In this document: positions 18,137-27,039 of the stretch, in pieces
How the letters are laid out: every line of letters begins with the position of its first letter
Numbering within the stretch: the stretch's first letter is position 1
Origin: a virus
Taxonomy: Duplodnaviria; Caudoviricetes
DNA length: 64,000 nt
IMG/VR virus record: IMGVR_UViG_3300011242_000002
Span: 64,001-128,000 of that record
Reading direction: 5' to 3' (one strand)
Program-made: the position numbers and the translations under genes
The notes under the pieces: generated by a model
The model's input: only the letters and a program-made list of their open reading frames with translations
Database searches by the model: none
What the model was told of the DNA's origin: nothing

Positions 18137-18724
18137 ATGGCAAAACTTTTCTGGCGCTATGCTACCATGAACGCAGGGAAATCAGCTGAGCTGATGATTG
18201 CGGCGTATAACTACGAAGAACGCGGCATGCAGCGCATCATTATAAAACCGGCAATTGACACCCGCGATGAGCACGGGAAGGTCTGTAGCCGTATTGGCCT
18301 GACAACCGATGCAATTTTGTTCCAGCCCGAAGAAGACCTGTTTGAAGTCATCTGCGTGGCGCTGCGGGACCAGCCCAAGGCCATGTGCGTCTTTGTTGAT
18401 GAAGCACAGTTCTTGACGCCTAAGCAGGTCAGGGAATTGGCGAAGGTGGTGGACGTCATTAAGCTGCCGGTGATTGCCTACGGCCTGCGCTCTGACTTTC
18501 AGGGTAATCTGTTCCCCGGCTCTGCAGCGCTGTTTGCCACAGCTAACGAACTGACAGAGGTTCGAACCATCTGCCATTGTTCGCGTCGTGCCACCCACGT
18601 CTTGCGCTACGGTGCAGACGGGAACGTGGTGAAAGAAGGGCCACAGGTCGAGGTGGGCGGTAATGACATGTACGTGGCGGTGTGTCGTAAGCATCACGCC
18701 GAAGCCATGGGGTATTACGATTAA
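18137..18724 (+). CDS. tdk: Thymidine kinase
   Basis: YATMNAGKS, KPAIDTR, VDEAQFL, YGLRSDF.G.LFPGS, ICHC...Y.AVCRKH. Confidence 0.97.
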   Translation: MAKLFWRYATMNAGKSAELMIAAYNYEERGMQRIIIKPAIDTRDEHGKVCSRIGLTTDAILFQPEEDLFEVICVALRDQPKAMCVFVDEAQFLTPKQVRELAKVVDVIKLPVIAYGLRSDFQGNLFPGSAALFATANELTEVRTICHCSRRATHVLRYGADGNVVKEGPQVEVGGNDMYVAVCRKHHAEAMGYYD

Positions 18725-18726
18725 GT

Positions 18727-18764
18727 CGGCATAAGAGCCAGGGGTGACCCTGGCCTTTATGCTG
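18727..18764. terminator. Convergent-gene hairpin (GCATAA/TTATGC family)
   Basis: CGGCATAAG-AGCCAGGG-GTGA-CCCTGGC-CTTTATGCTG. Confidence 0.75.
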
Positions 18765-18765
18765 G

Positions 18766-19386
18766 TTAAAGTTCGATGATGTCAAAATAGTACAGCTTAA
18801 AGCGCGCTTCGGGCACCGCACCATTCCAGCCGTGACGGGCGATCTTTAACTCTCTCCCGGTAAACGTGGTTAGCGTTTGGATTTGGCTGTGGACCAACAC
18901 CCCGTTCATATACAGTTGAGTGCCCGAGGGTTTGATTATCAACTTAAAGGCGACCGGATAGGTAGTGATCGGCGCAGTGTTTACATACTGTTCGTTGTAG
19001 TTAACGGCAGGAACAATGACCAACGGCACGTAAGGCGCTGCCCGTTCGTTGGTGATGCCCAGCATCATGTATTGATCACCGTTCGTGCTGGCAGGGCGGG
19101 TATCCAGCAGAGCATTAGAATATATACCACTAACGTTGGGTTGAATGTCACCCACTACCATATTGATCTCAACGCTGGGTTTATCCATTTTACTGTTACC
19201 GGCATAAAGATACCCGCCGGTGAAATGGATGTAGGTACCGTTAGCATCACTACCCACCCCCACACCGTTAAAGGGCGTGACCGTAATACCAAGCGGGCCG
19301 GTGTCTTTAATGTCTGCGGGAGTGGCAAAGTTGGCAAGCTTAAACAAGGTTTTGTTTTTAGCACCGCAGTGCAGAATTTCAATCAT
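18766..19386 (-). CDS. Beta-sandwich (ConA/LamG-like) protein, possibly virion-associated
   Basis: Beta-rich composition; TQLYMNGVLV resembles the LamG 'lYvNG.lv' pattern. Confidence 0.5.
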   Translation of the reverse strand: MIEILHCGAKNKTLFKLANFATPADIKDTGPLGITVTPFNGVGVGSDANGTYIHFTGGYLYAGNSKMDKPSVEINMVVGDIQPNVSGIYSNALLDTRPASTNGDQYMMLGITNERAAPYVPLVIVPAVNYNEQYVNTAPITTYPVAFKLIIKPSGTQLYMNGVLVHSQIQTLTTFTGRELKIARHGWNGAVPEARFKLYYFDIIEL

Positions 19387-19444
19387 GGTTCACCCGATGG
19401 CTTGTAAGTAGTCTATACGATTTCTTCCCTATCCAATCTGAAAC

Positions 19445-19462
19445 CTACATTATCTTAATGTA
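19445..19462 (+). promoter_or_regulatory. phiKZ-type early promoter (variant)
   Basis: CTACATTATCTTAATGTA, intergenic. Confidence 0.55.
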
Positions 19463-19509
19463 TCCCCGAACATAAACGCCTTTACCTATGTCGGTAAAAG
19501 GGAGGAATC

Positions 19510-19863
19510 ATGAACCAGTCTGTCTATGACGTCACCGAAGCCATTGGAATAGCAATAAGCCCCATTCGCAGCCTGTTAACCGATGAAGCCACCGCGAACT
19601 ACTTGCGCAATCTGACGCGAGTGGTGCTAAACCACATCAGTAACCCGCAGCTGAACGTGGCAGAAGCACTGGCCAACGTTATTGAGATGCAGGGATTACC
19701 CGTGTATGACCCCATCATCTCACGGGCAACCGCGGACACGTTCGCCCGCCTGCACCGTTTCTTAAGCCCGCTTACCTTTGAACAAGGCAGCCGCCTGTTG
19801 ACCATTATAAGTGTGAACGTCACACCCGTAAGCTATCACCTGACACTAGGGTCCGTTACATGA
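19510..19863 (+). CDS. Hypothetical protein
   Basis: GGAGG RBS; ATGA overlap with the hslU-like gene. Confidence 0.7.
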   Translation: MNQSVYDVTEAIGIAISPIRSLLTDEATANYLRNLTRVVLNHISNPQLNVAEALANVIEMQGLPVYDPIISRATADTFARLHRFLSPLTFEQGSRLLTIISVNVTPVSYHLTLGSVT

Positions 19864-21494
19864 AAACAACTGCTGACATCACCAAATACCTGGACCAGTT
19901 TGTAATTGGTCAAATGGCAGCCAAATGCGCCATTGCCGTGGCCTACCGCGAACGCGCCCTGAAGATCGCCAATAGCGGCGATGAATGGAAATACGTGGTA
20001 CCCAATAACATCCTGATGATTGGCGCTTCAGGCACGGGGAAAACCGAGCTCGCCCGACAGCTGGCCGAGTTAACCGATGCACCATTCGTGAAGGTGGAAA
20101 TTACCGAATTCACCCAGGTCGGGTATTTTGGTCGCGATGTGAAAACTATTCTTACCGATCTGGTAAAAGAAGCGGTGCGCATTGCGCCGGGGCTGTGGCG
20201 TCAGGAAAACAACGGCGGTGGTGATGAACTGCTGAAATTTCTGCAAAAGGTTTTTCTTGACTACAAGCCCGTGCTGGCAGAGCACTTAAAGCACGACCCG
20301 AACACGTTAACCTTTGCTGAGGTTAAAGCGGCTGTGGCGTCGGGTAAGTTTAAGAAGCTCGAACTGCCGGCCATGTTGTACCTGGACATGCTGATGGAGG
20401 ACGAGGAAGCAAACTCTCAACACAAGAGTGCCATTGATAAGGTGTTAGAAGAGTTCGGCCTAGGTGGTACGACCGCCAGCCGTAACATCAACATCTATTT
20501 GACCTTCATTACAATGTGTATCGATAACAACACGTTTAGCAGTGAGAAGCACGGGGATTACATTCAGACCGTCATTCCGGCTGAAGCCTACAAGAAGCTG
20601 CTGCAACGGGCCAAGACCAAGCTTACCCCCACCAAGGTGCGCGGGGTCTTTATGAATTACAAGGAAAACACGCTGAAGGACATTGCTGAAAAACTTAGTT
20701 TCATGGTCAAAATGCGTTTCGTGGATTTACTCAGGAATGTGAAACAGAAAGCCCCGGCCTCAAATGAGGTACCCGACTCTTTTATCATCAAGCTGGTCGA
20801 AGAGCGCGGGATCGTGTTCATTGATGAAATTGACAAGATCTTCGTCGACACCAGCGGGGGTAACGTGGGGAACATCGGGGTGGTGCGTGACCTGATGCCG
20901 TATCTGGATGGGGTAACGCTGGACGTGCCGATTGTCGGCGAGCGTGATGCCTACTACACTCGCAACCGTTCCGACAAGACCTATCGCATTAATACGGCTA
21001 ACATTCTCTGGATAGCTTCCGGGGCCTTTAACATCGCGAAGGTCTCTGACGTACCGGCAGAAATCCTGGGGCGCTTACCGGTGCACGTGAAGCTGCAGTC
21101 ACTCGATGCTGATGCCTTGTACGGTATTCTCAACAAGCCTCACGGCTCGATCATCAGTCGCTTGAAGATGATCATGGAGGCGGAAGGCATTGAGTTTGTC
21201 ATCACTGACAAAGCGGTGCGTGCCATGGCTAAGCTGGCGTTTGACTGTAACACCCGCGGTGAGGACCTGGGGGCACGTCGTCTGATTAGCATCAGCAGCC
21301 AACTCTTTGACCAGCTGCGCTATGATGCGTCCAACATGGACGAAGGGGCAGTGGTGAAGATCGACGACAAGTACATCAACGAGCGCTACCAGCAGATTTA
21401 TGAGTTGGTGCCAGAGCGGGTTGAGCGTTTCAAACCGGCGAATACCGAGCAGGTGGCCTTGGCGACCCTGGCCAGCTTGTTAAAGAACTACTAA
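19860..21494 (+). CDS. hslU: HslU/ClpY-like AAA+ ATPase
   Basis: NILMIGASGTGKTELAR, APFVKVE.T.FT.VGYFG, GIVFIDEIDKI, GRLPV.V.L, LGARRL. Confidence 0.88.
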   Translation: MKTTADITKYLDQFVIGQMAAKCAIAVAYRERALKIANSGDEWKYVVPNNILMIGASGTGKTELARQLAELTDAPFVKVEITEFTQVGYFGRDVKTILTDLVKEAVRIAPGLWRQENNGGGDELLKFLQKVFLDYKPVLAEHLKHDPNTLTFAEVKAAVASGKFKKLELPAMLYLDMLMEDEEANSQHKSAIDKVLEEFGLGGTTASRNINIYLTFITMCIDNNTFSSEKHGDYIQTVIPAEAYKKLLQRAKTKLTPTKVRGVFMNYKENTLKDIAEKLSFMVKMRFVDLLRNVKQKAPASNEVPDSFIIKLVEERGIVFIDEIDKIFVDTSGGNVGNIGVVRDLMPYLDGVTLDVPIVGERDAYYTRNRSDKTYRINTANILWIASGAFNIAKVSDVPAEILGRLPVHVKLQSLDADALYGILNKPHGSIISRLKMIMEAEGIEFVITDKAVRAMAKLAFDCNTRGEDLGARRLISISSQLFDQLRYDASNMDEGAVVKIDDKYINERYQQIYELVPERVERFKPANTEQVALATLASLLKNY

Positions 21495-21500
21495 CCTCTT

Positions 21501-21526
21501 GGCCCGTTTCGACGGGTCTTTTGTTT
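21501..21526 (+). terminator. Intrinsic terminator
   Basis: GGCCCG-TTTCGA-CGGGTC followed by TTTTGTTT. Confidence 0.7.
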
Positions 21527-21543
21527 AACCTGTAGGAGTTATC

Positions 21544-22194
21544 ATGTCCAATCAAACACACACCACCACCCATGTAATCAAATACACCCCTTATATTCAG
21601 GGCGATGACAGCTTTATGAAAATCAACAGTCACACCTGGCACGGTATCACCATTGATACCTGGCATGTAAAAGGGAAGCGTGATTACCAGCAGATGGTGG
21701 GGTATTTCACCACCGACAACGGAAAAGAGATTACGCTTGGGCGGCGTGACATTGCGGTAATGGAAGTGGATTCACTGGACTTCCACAACGCCCGCAGCAA
21801 GTTCTACAGCGATCTGATGCGCTGGTCGTTCCACGGTTTTGTGGACAACCTGGACGGCGCATTAACGGCACAGGACCTGGAAGCTTCGCGCCGGGTAGTG
21901 GAACCGACGAGCCCCGCTAACGCCGCCCACCATGAAACCGCCTGGCTGGAAGACCACCTCGAACTGTACGGTAAGCAGGTGCACTGGAAGGTCACCTCGC
22001 TGAAGTGGACCCGACGGGAATTTGAGCAGACGTTGGACTTCTACGTCATCGAAGGCAAAAGCGGGGTAGAGCGTCACTGCCTCATTAACCTACCTAAAAC
22101 CGAGCATCCGTATATCGTCGTGGGCGATTACTTCGAACAGCATAAACCCCTGATTGCCGAAACCCTTGGCCTTGACTTGAGCAAAAAGCTATGA
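21544..22194 (+). CDS. Hypothetical protein
   Basis: TAGGAG RBS. Confidence 0.7.
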   Translation: MSNQTHTTTHVIKYTPYIQGDDSFMKINSHTWHGITIDTWHVKGKRDYQQMVGYFTTDNGKEITLGRRDIAVMEVDSLDFHNARSKFYSDLMRWSFHGFVDNLDGALTAQDLEASRRVVEPTSPANAAHHETAWLEDHLELYGKQVHWKVTSLKWTRREFEQTLDFYVIEGKSGVERHCLINLPKTEHPYIVVGDYFEQHKPLIAETLGLDLSKKL

Positions 22195-22700
22195 TTAAAG
22201 AAATTCTGAACGACTTCATCCAGTGTTGGAAAGCCTTCAACAGGCAGCGGGTATTAACTAACCAGGAGGCGGCAGGGAAAATTAACCGCGGCGACTGTGG
22301 CTTAGCGGCGATTGCAGTAGCCCATGTGTTACGGGTAAAATACCAAATCCCGGCGGAGATTTACCAGAATCCCCACCACTGCTGGATTCGTATCGAGGGC
22401 AGCGGCGAATACGATACCCTGCATCCCGAAGGTTACAAAACCCCGGTTAAAGAGGTCTGGGATCGTCACGGCGGCCCCAGTGAGCAACACCTGTCGTTTG
22501 CCCAAGCCTGCAGCGAGTGGATGCCCTGTGATGCCTTCGGTGGCTATCTGTGCAAAGCCTTCTTTGAGCGTCACGGTTTAGCCATGCCGCCCGAACTGGA
22601 ACACTGCATCAGCAATGCCGCCGAATACGAATCACCGGAGGAGATACCCAATCTGGTGGCGGCGTACCAGCGAGCAGTCGCTGGGTTGCTGGCTGTGTAA
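22191..22700 (+). CDS. Putative papain/transglutaminase-fold protein
   Basis: INRGDCG...HCWI...EYD gives a Cys-His-Asp order. Confidence 0.5.
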   Translation: MIKEILNDFIQCWKAFNRQRVLTNQEAAGKINRGDCGLAAIAVAHVLRVKYQIPAEIYQNPHHCWIRIEGSGEYDTLHPEGYKTPVKEVWDRHGGPSEQHLSFAQACSEWMPCDAFGGYLCKAFFERHGLAMPPELEHCISNAAEYESPEEIPNLVAAYQRAVAGLLAV

Positions 22701-22774
22701 GGCCGGACATATTTCCTCTTTTATATGTACACCCCTGTGTCCATGCAGGGGTCTTTTTGGGAGGCAAACAGAGC

Positions 22775-23146
22775 ATGGAATCGTTGAATTACCGCGTGTT
22801 GTTCCATGTCGTCTGTGATGAGCAACCCGCACTTCACCTGGTGGCGGTGTGCAACTATGATCTTTTCATTACCGAGCAGCGCGTCTCCAGCCTGCACCGG
22901 CAACTGATTAATGACCTTAACATGACGGGTGAGCGCTTTAACCAGTCGATTGTGATTCGTGGTGAGCCTGCGACGTTGAACGTCGATTTGTTTTATGCAC
23001 CGATGGACCCGAGTGAAATGGCTACGCCACCCGATCCATCATTAGGCCCGGCAGGCCGCATACCTAAAAGCACCAACACCTGCATCAATTTCAGCATGCG
23101 GGATGTACACGACGTGCTGTATCCGCTGACAAAACCCGTGGGGTGA
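22775..23146 (+). CDS. Hypothetical protein
   Basis: Start moved to the ATG after GGGAGG. Confidence 0.55.
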   Translation: MESLNYRVLFHVVCDEQPALHLVAVCNYDLFITEQRVSSLHRQLINDLNMTGERFNQSIVIRGEPATLNVDLFYAPMDPSEMATPPDPSLGPAGRIPKSTNTCINFSMRDVHDVLYPLTKPVG

Positions 23147-23149
23147 TAA

Positions 23150-23764
23150 ATGGTTTACGGACACACCTTTTATTTCGACCAGCCGGTCAGACGGATCTGG
23201 TATACGTACGGGAAACAACCCGCTGCGTTGTATTGGGACGAGGTGGTGAAAGCTGCTTTGACCCAACCTACCACCGTACCAAATGAGATTTACAACCTGC
23301 TGGCGGGCGAGCACAAGTTCACCCCGTCCGTGATGGTGGTGTCAGAATGTGGTTTTGCCACCGAAGAAGAAGCCCAGGCCTGGGTGGATGGCGTGACCCT
23401 CGCGGAAATCAACCAGCTGAGTGCCAGCGGTTACGACGGCAAGGTGATTCGGGAAACCATCATCAATGTCGATCATCAGGTGCGTGTCATTCGTCGTCTA
23501 CGTTCTGCTCTCACGGTCAACGCAGGACTGTATTACGATAAGAATGAAACCGCAATTCCTGACTGGCGCTGGGATGAGATGGCGTATCAACTGGTCGCAT
23601 TGCAGCAGCGGTTCTTTTATATCCTGCCGTTCGTCGACTTCTTTGATTTCGAGTTCAACGGGTTTGATGGTTCAACCGGATTTGATCTGCCATACCGCAC
23701 GGAACCTTTTATCGACCACATTGAGCGCGCGTTGGTCTATCTTGAGCAACACAGAAAACTTTAA
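23150..23764 (+). CDS. Protein with a C-terminal domain resembling subdomain Ia of NAD+-dependent DNA ligase (Nlig-Ia)
   Basis: LYYDKNETAIPDWRWDEMAYQLVALQ...FDGSTGFDLPY matches the YY...p.isD..yD.l..eL..Le pattern. Confidence 0.65.
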   Translation: MVYGHTFYFDQPVRRIWYTYGKQPAALYWDEVVKAALTQPTTVPNEIYNLLAGEHKFTPSVMVVSECGFATEEEAQAWVDGVTLAEINQLSASGYDGKVIRETIINVDHQVRVIRRLRSALTVNAGLYYDKNETAIPDWRWDEMAYQLVALQQRFFYILPFVDFFDFEFNGFDGSTGFDLPYRTEPFIDHIERALVYLEQHRKL

Positions 23765-23766
23765 GC

Positions 23767-23784
23767 CTACATTACCGTAGTGTA
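23767..23784 (+). promoter_or_regulatory. phiKZ-type early promoter (variant)
   Basis: CTACATTACCGTAGTGTA, intergenic. Confidence 0.65.
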
Positions 23785-23823
23785 GCAGCTACCTTAACTT
23801 AACGCAACCCGTAAGGACGTCAC

Positions 23824-25548
23824 ATGAACGATACCGTATTTGACCCAACCGATAAGAAGTTAACCCTGAAAGACGATGAGAACCATGTTAGCCTGTGGTT
23901 CGGTGACGAGCTGTTGTCGCAGTGCGACGTGGAAGGCTGTGACCAGTGGACCGACAGTCGGAAGCTGGCGTACTTCTACCTGGAAGCGCGTGTGAACGAC
24001 GGCTGTATCTTAGAGCCCAAGTACAACGAAAGTATCTTCACGCTGATCCTGAACACGCTGAAGGCACAGACCGGTCAGGACGATTTTCTGACCGCCGACT
24101 GGCAGGGTGTGAGCTACGAGTGTGTTGACCACGAGACACCGCGGCCGGTGTACAGCACCTTTACTACCGCCGACGGGTATGACCTGACGGTGCGCTACAT
24201 GTCGCCGGGCGTAGCGTGGCGTGAAACCGTGGTACGCAGTGAAGACACTATCCCAACCGCTGAAGAAATGTACAACCAGCTGTTTAACGGCGCCGAGAAA
24301 GAGTGGGTCAGCAACGGGGTGATCACCCATGACGGCATGACCTACTCCTTTGACCAGGCTGCCAGTGCGCTGTTCACGGTGAACCGTCGCCTGCAGATTC
24401 GCGATGAAACCGGTAAGCTGATCTACGACGACGAAGACGTAAAGGGCTTGGGAATCGTTGATGCCGCGGCCAGCCTGCACCGCCAGATGCAGCTTGGGAT
24501 GTGGTATGGTGCAATTGCCGAGGTGCCGAACGAACTCAAGCTCACGCTGAGCAATAACGTGGCGCATCTGCTGCAGGACATGTTCGGGATGGGGGAATAC
24601 CTGGAGCTTGAAGACGGGGCGTCGCATTCCATTCGTGGCTCGGTGGATGATCTCCAATGCCTGATCAGCCACACTTATATGGCTGAGGCCAACAAGGTGC
24701 GTGCTGACTTCCGTTTCTTTACCAATACGCAACCCTGGTCGATCGAGTTCAGCGACAGCTTCAGCTTTGATGAACCACCGATGATAGTGGTTGATGTTTA
24801 TAACCGTCACCGCGCACAGATCCGTGGCGGCTTAGGGTTGGATCTCCCGGAGGCTGAAATTCACAGCCTGGGCGATATCCCATTCGAAAACCGTGACGTT
24901 GGCTATGAGCCGGTTATGCAGCCGTTCACCCCGGTAACCCCGGAAGAGGAGGCCGCTTACTATCAGGATGAAGAGGAGGACATGGCGGGTGACCCGCTGA
25001 TGGTTACCCAGGTGGTTGCCGTGGGTCCACGCGGCGGTATTGGCATGGGTAACGACCTGCTGTTCCGCATTAAAGAAGACCTGCGCTTCTTTAAACAGGT
25101 GACCACCGACCATGTGGTGATCATGGGACGCAAGACCTTTGAATCCATCGGTCGTCCATTACCAAATCGTCAGAACATTGTTGTCACCACCGACCCGGAA
25201 TACGTGCTGAACCTGTACACGCCGGAGAACGATCAGCAGTACGATAACCTGCACTGCGTCACCAGCATCGAGGAAGCAGTAATGCTCGGTGGGCGCTTGG
25301 CCATGGCGGTGTACGGCAACAACGAGCTGATGGTTATCGGTGGGGCCGGGATCTATCAGCAGTTCATGCCAATGACCCAGCGTATCCTGATGACCTCCAT
25401 CAGTAACGGCGATGATTCTCATGCCGACGTGTTCTATCCGTTAACCGGTGAAGACATCCAGCGTGAATGGTTTGCCTCCGTCATTAACAGCGCGCTGGAA
25501 GAAGACGGTCTGCAGTACGAGCGCTACGAGCTGACGCGTAAATCTTAA
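23824..25548 (+). CDS. Dihydrofolate reductase fused to a ~390-aa acidic N-terminal region
   Basis: C-terminal GIG..NDL.F...EDLRFFKQVT....VIMGRKTFESIGRPLPNRQNIVVT...VIGGAGIY...ADVFYP. Confidence 0.9.
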   Translation: MNDTVFDPTDKKLTLKDDENHVSLWFGDELLSQCDVEGCDQWTDSRKLAYFYLEARVNDGCILEPKYNESIFTLILNTLKAQTGQDDFLTADWQGVSYECVDHETPRPVYSTFTTADGYDLTVRYMSPGVAWRETVVRSEDTIPTAEEMYNQLFNGAEKEWVSNGVITHDGMTYSFDQAASALFTVNRRLQIRDETGKLIYDDEDVKGLGIVDAAASLHRQMQLGMWYGAIAEVPNELKLTLSNNVAHLLQDMFGMGEYLELEDGASHSIRGSVDDLQCLISHTYMAEANKVRADFRFFTNTQPWSIEFSDSFSFDEPPMIVVDVYNRHRAQIRGGLGLDLPEAEIHSLGDIPFENRDVGYEPVMQPFTPVTPEEEAAYYQDEEEDMAGDPLMVTQVVAVGPRGGIGMGNDLLFRIKEDLRFFKQVTTDHVVIMGRKTFESIGRPLPNRQNIVVTTDPEYVLNLYTPENDQQYDNLHCVTSIEEAVMLGGRLAMAVYGNNELMVIGGAGIYQQFMPMTQRILMTSISNGDDSHADVFYPLTGEDIQREWFASVINSALEEDGLQYERYELTRKS

Positions 25549-25592
25549 TTGTAAATCAGGGGTGGTCACACCACCCCGCAAAGAGGTATCTC

Positions 25593-26207
25593 ATGACTAA
25601 ACCCGTTGAAACACCCGCTGTTGTAAAAACATTTACCGGTAACCCTTTTGAGCTGCAGGCGAAAACTAATGCGCTAATGCTGCTTGGCAACAACACCGTA
25701 CAGCTTAACGGCAACTACGTGCTGGAGAACTTCCTGCACGATGGTAACGAACGTGCCCGATTGATCGAAGCGTACAAGAGTGCCAACATGATCACGCTGG
25801 AAGCAGCGCTCGGGGAAGACGGTCGCCCGCTCACCCAGAAAGGCGCGCCCATCCTCTTAACCGAATACCCAAACGTCCCGTACGACCCGCGTAAGATGGG
25901 ACGCATGGTGGTGATTGATCGCAATCGCCTGATCATCATCGGGACACACTACCACAACTCAAAGCACGTGTTGTTCAGCTACGGCAAGTTTAAGCAGGCG
26001 CTGACCGAATACTGTCAGCTGGCAGCATTGCAGAACCGTCGTCAGGATCCGGTGATCATTCCGATGCCGGGACTTGACTGTGAATACGTGCTTGAGCCTA
26101 CCGACAGCGGCTACATGCTACGCTCGGATCACGTGGCGGCAATCACCAACATCATCGCCAACACGATGTTCCCTGAGGCCGACGTGACCCTGGTCACCCC
26201 TGCATAA
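25593..26207 (+). CDS. Hypothetical protein, possibly a degenerate macrodomain
   Basis: GAGG RBS; FTGNPF...NALMLLGNNTVQLNG...VIIPMPG. Confidence 0.6.
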   Translation: MTKPVETPAVVKTFTGNPFELQAKTNALMLLGNNTVQLNGNYVLENFLHDGNERARLIEAYKSANMITLEAALGEDGRPLTQKGAPILLTEYPNVPYDPRKMGRMVVIDRNRLIIIGTHYHNSKHVLFSYGKFKQALTEYCQLAALQNRRQDPVIIPMPGLDCEYVLEPTDSGYMLRSDHVAAITNIIANTMFPEADVTLVTPA

Positions 26208-26220
26208 TCTGGAGGCTGGT

Positions 26221-26619
26221 ATGTTGAACCGTGTTGTGCAGGTGGCTACGCCCTACGGAAGTCGTGAAGTCGTGATCATTCCAGCCTGGGATAAATTCAT
26301 TAAGCAGGTGCTTGTACTCAATGGCGCGGCCGCTATTCCAGATAAACACGATCGCTATCTGCTGGATCAGGGGATTCGTAATCGCATCCCCAGTTCAGCT
26401 GGTCGGGCGGTAAAAACCATTGAAGCCTTTATGAGCGATTGGCTTAACCAACCCGAGCACCGTAAGACCCTCGAGGGGCGCATTAAGACCAACCCGCTGC
26501 TAAGTGATGTCCACCTCCTGGTGGGTAAACCTAAGCAAGACGGCAGCGTGAGCGTTTCGCTGGCAACCCGCAAAGGTTTTATTGTGGTAACCTTCCCCGC
26601 CGATCGTTTCAGTGCCTAA
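26221..26619 (+). CDS. Hypothetical protein
   Basis: GGAGG RBS. Confidence 0.7.
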   Translation: MLNRVVQVATPYGSREVVIIPAWDKFIKQVLVLNGAAAIPDKHDRYLLDQGIRNRIPSSAGRAVKTIEAFMSDWLNQPEHRKTLEGRIKTNPLLSDVHLLVGKPKQDGSVSVSLATRKGFIVVTFPADRFSA

Positions 26620-26659
26620 CCCTCTTATTAACCCGTTGTGACTTAAAAGGACCATCCTC

Positions 26660-26965
26660 ATGACCCTGAAGAAAACCGTAACCGCCGAAACCATTGAACA
26701 AGGTATCCTGGAAATGGAAGGCATCCGTGTGATCCTGCGCATCGGTGCGAAGAAAAAGGTAGCCTACCAAAGCTACGCCGGGCGCTTTGGCAAGCGTTGT
26801 CCAAAGACCAGCAATATCAGCGTGCTGCGCAAGCGCGTGGCCGAAATGGTGGGGCCGGACATCGAAGTCGAAATTGTTGACGGTACCGGCTCGACGGTAA
26901 ACGGCAATACCAAGATCGGTACCCTGCGTGAAGCCTATACCGTGGCCTTTCGCGTCGCGGCATAA
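26660..26965 (+). CDS. Small basic hypothetical protein
   Basis: AAGGA RBS; EGIRV...VEIVDG.G....GNT.IGTLREAY. Confidence 0.7.
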   Translation: MTLKKTVTAETIEQGILEMEGIRVILRIGAKKKVAYQSYAGRFGKRCPKTSNISVLRKRVAEMVGPDIEVEIVDGTGSTVNGNTKIGTLREAYTVAFRVAA

Positions 26966-26970
26966 TCGAA

Positions 26971-27039
26971 CAGCATAAAAGAGACCCGGCCTCCCTAAGG
27001 GGAAGCTGGGCTCTTGTTTTATGCCGATCTTTTTTTTTT
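26971..27039. terminator. Convergent-gene hairpin (GCATAA/TTATGC family) followed by a T-run
   Basis: CAGCATAAAA...AAGAG.CCCGGC...GCTGGGCTCTT...TTTTATGCCG. Confidence 0.7.
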
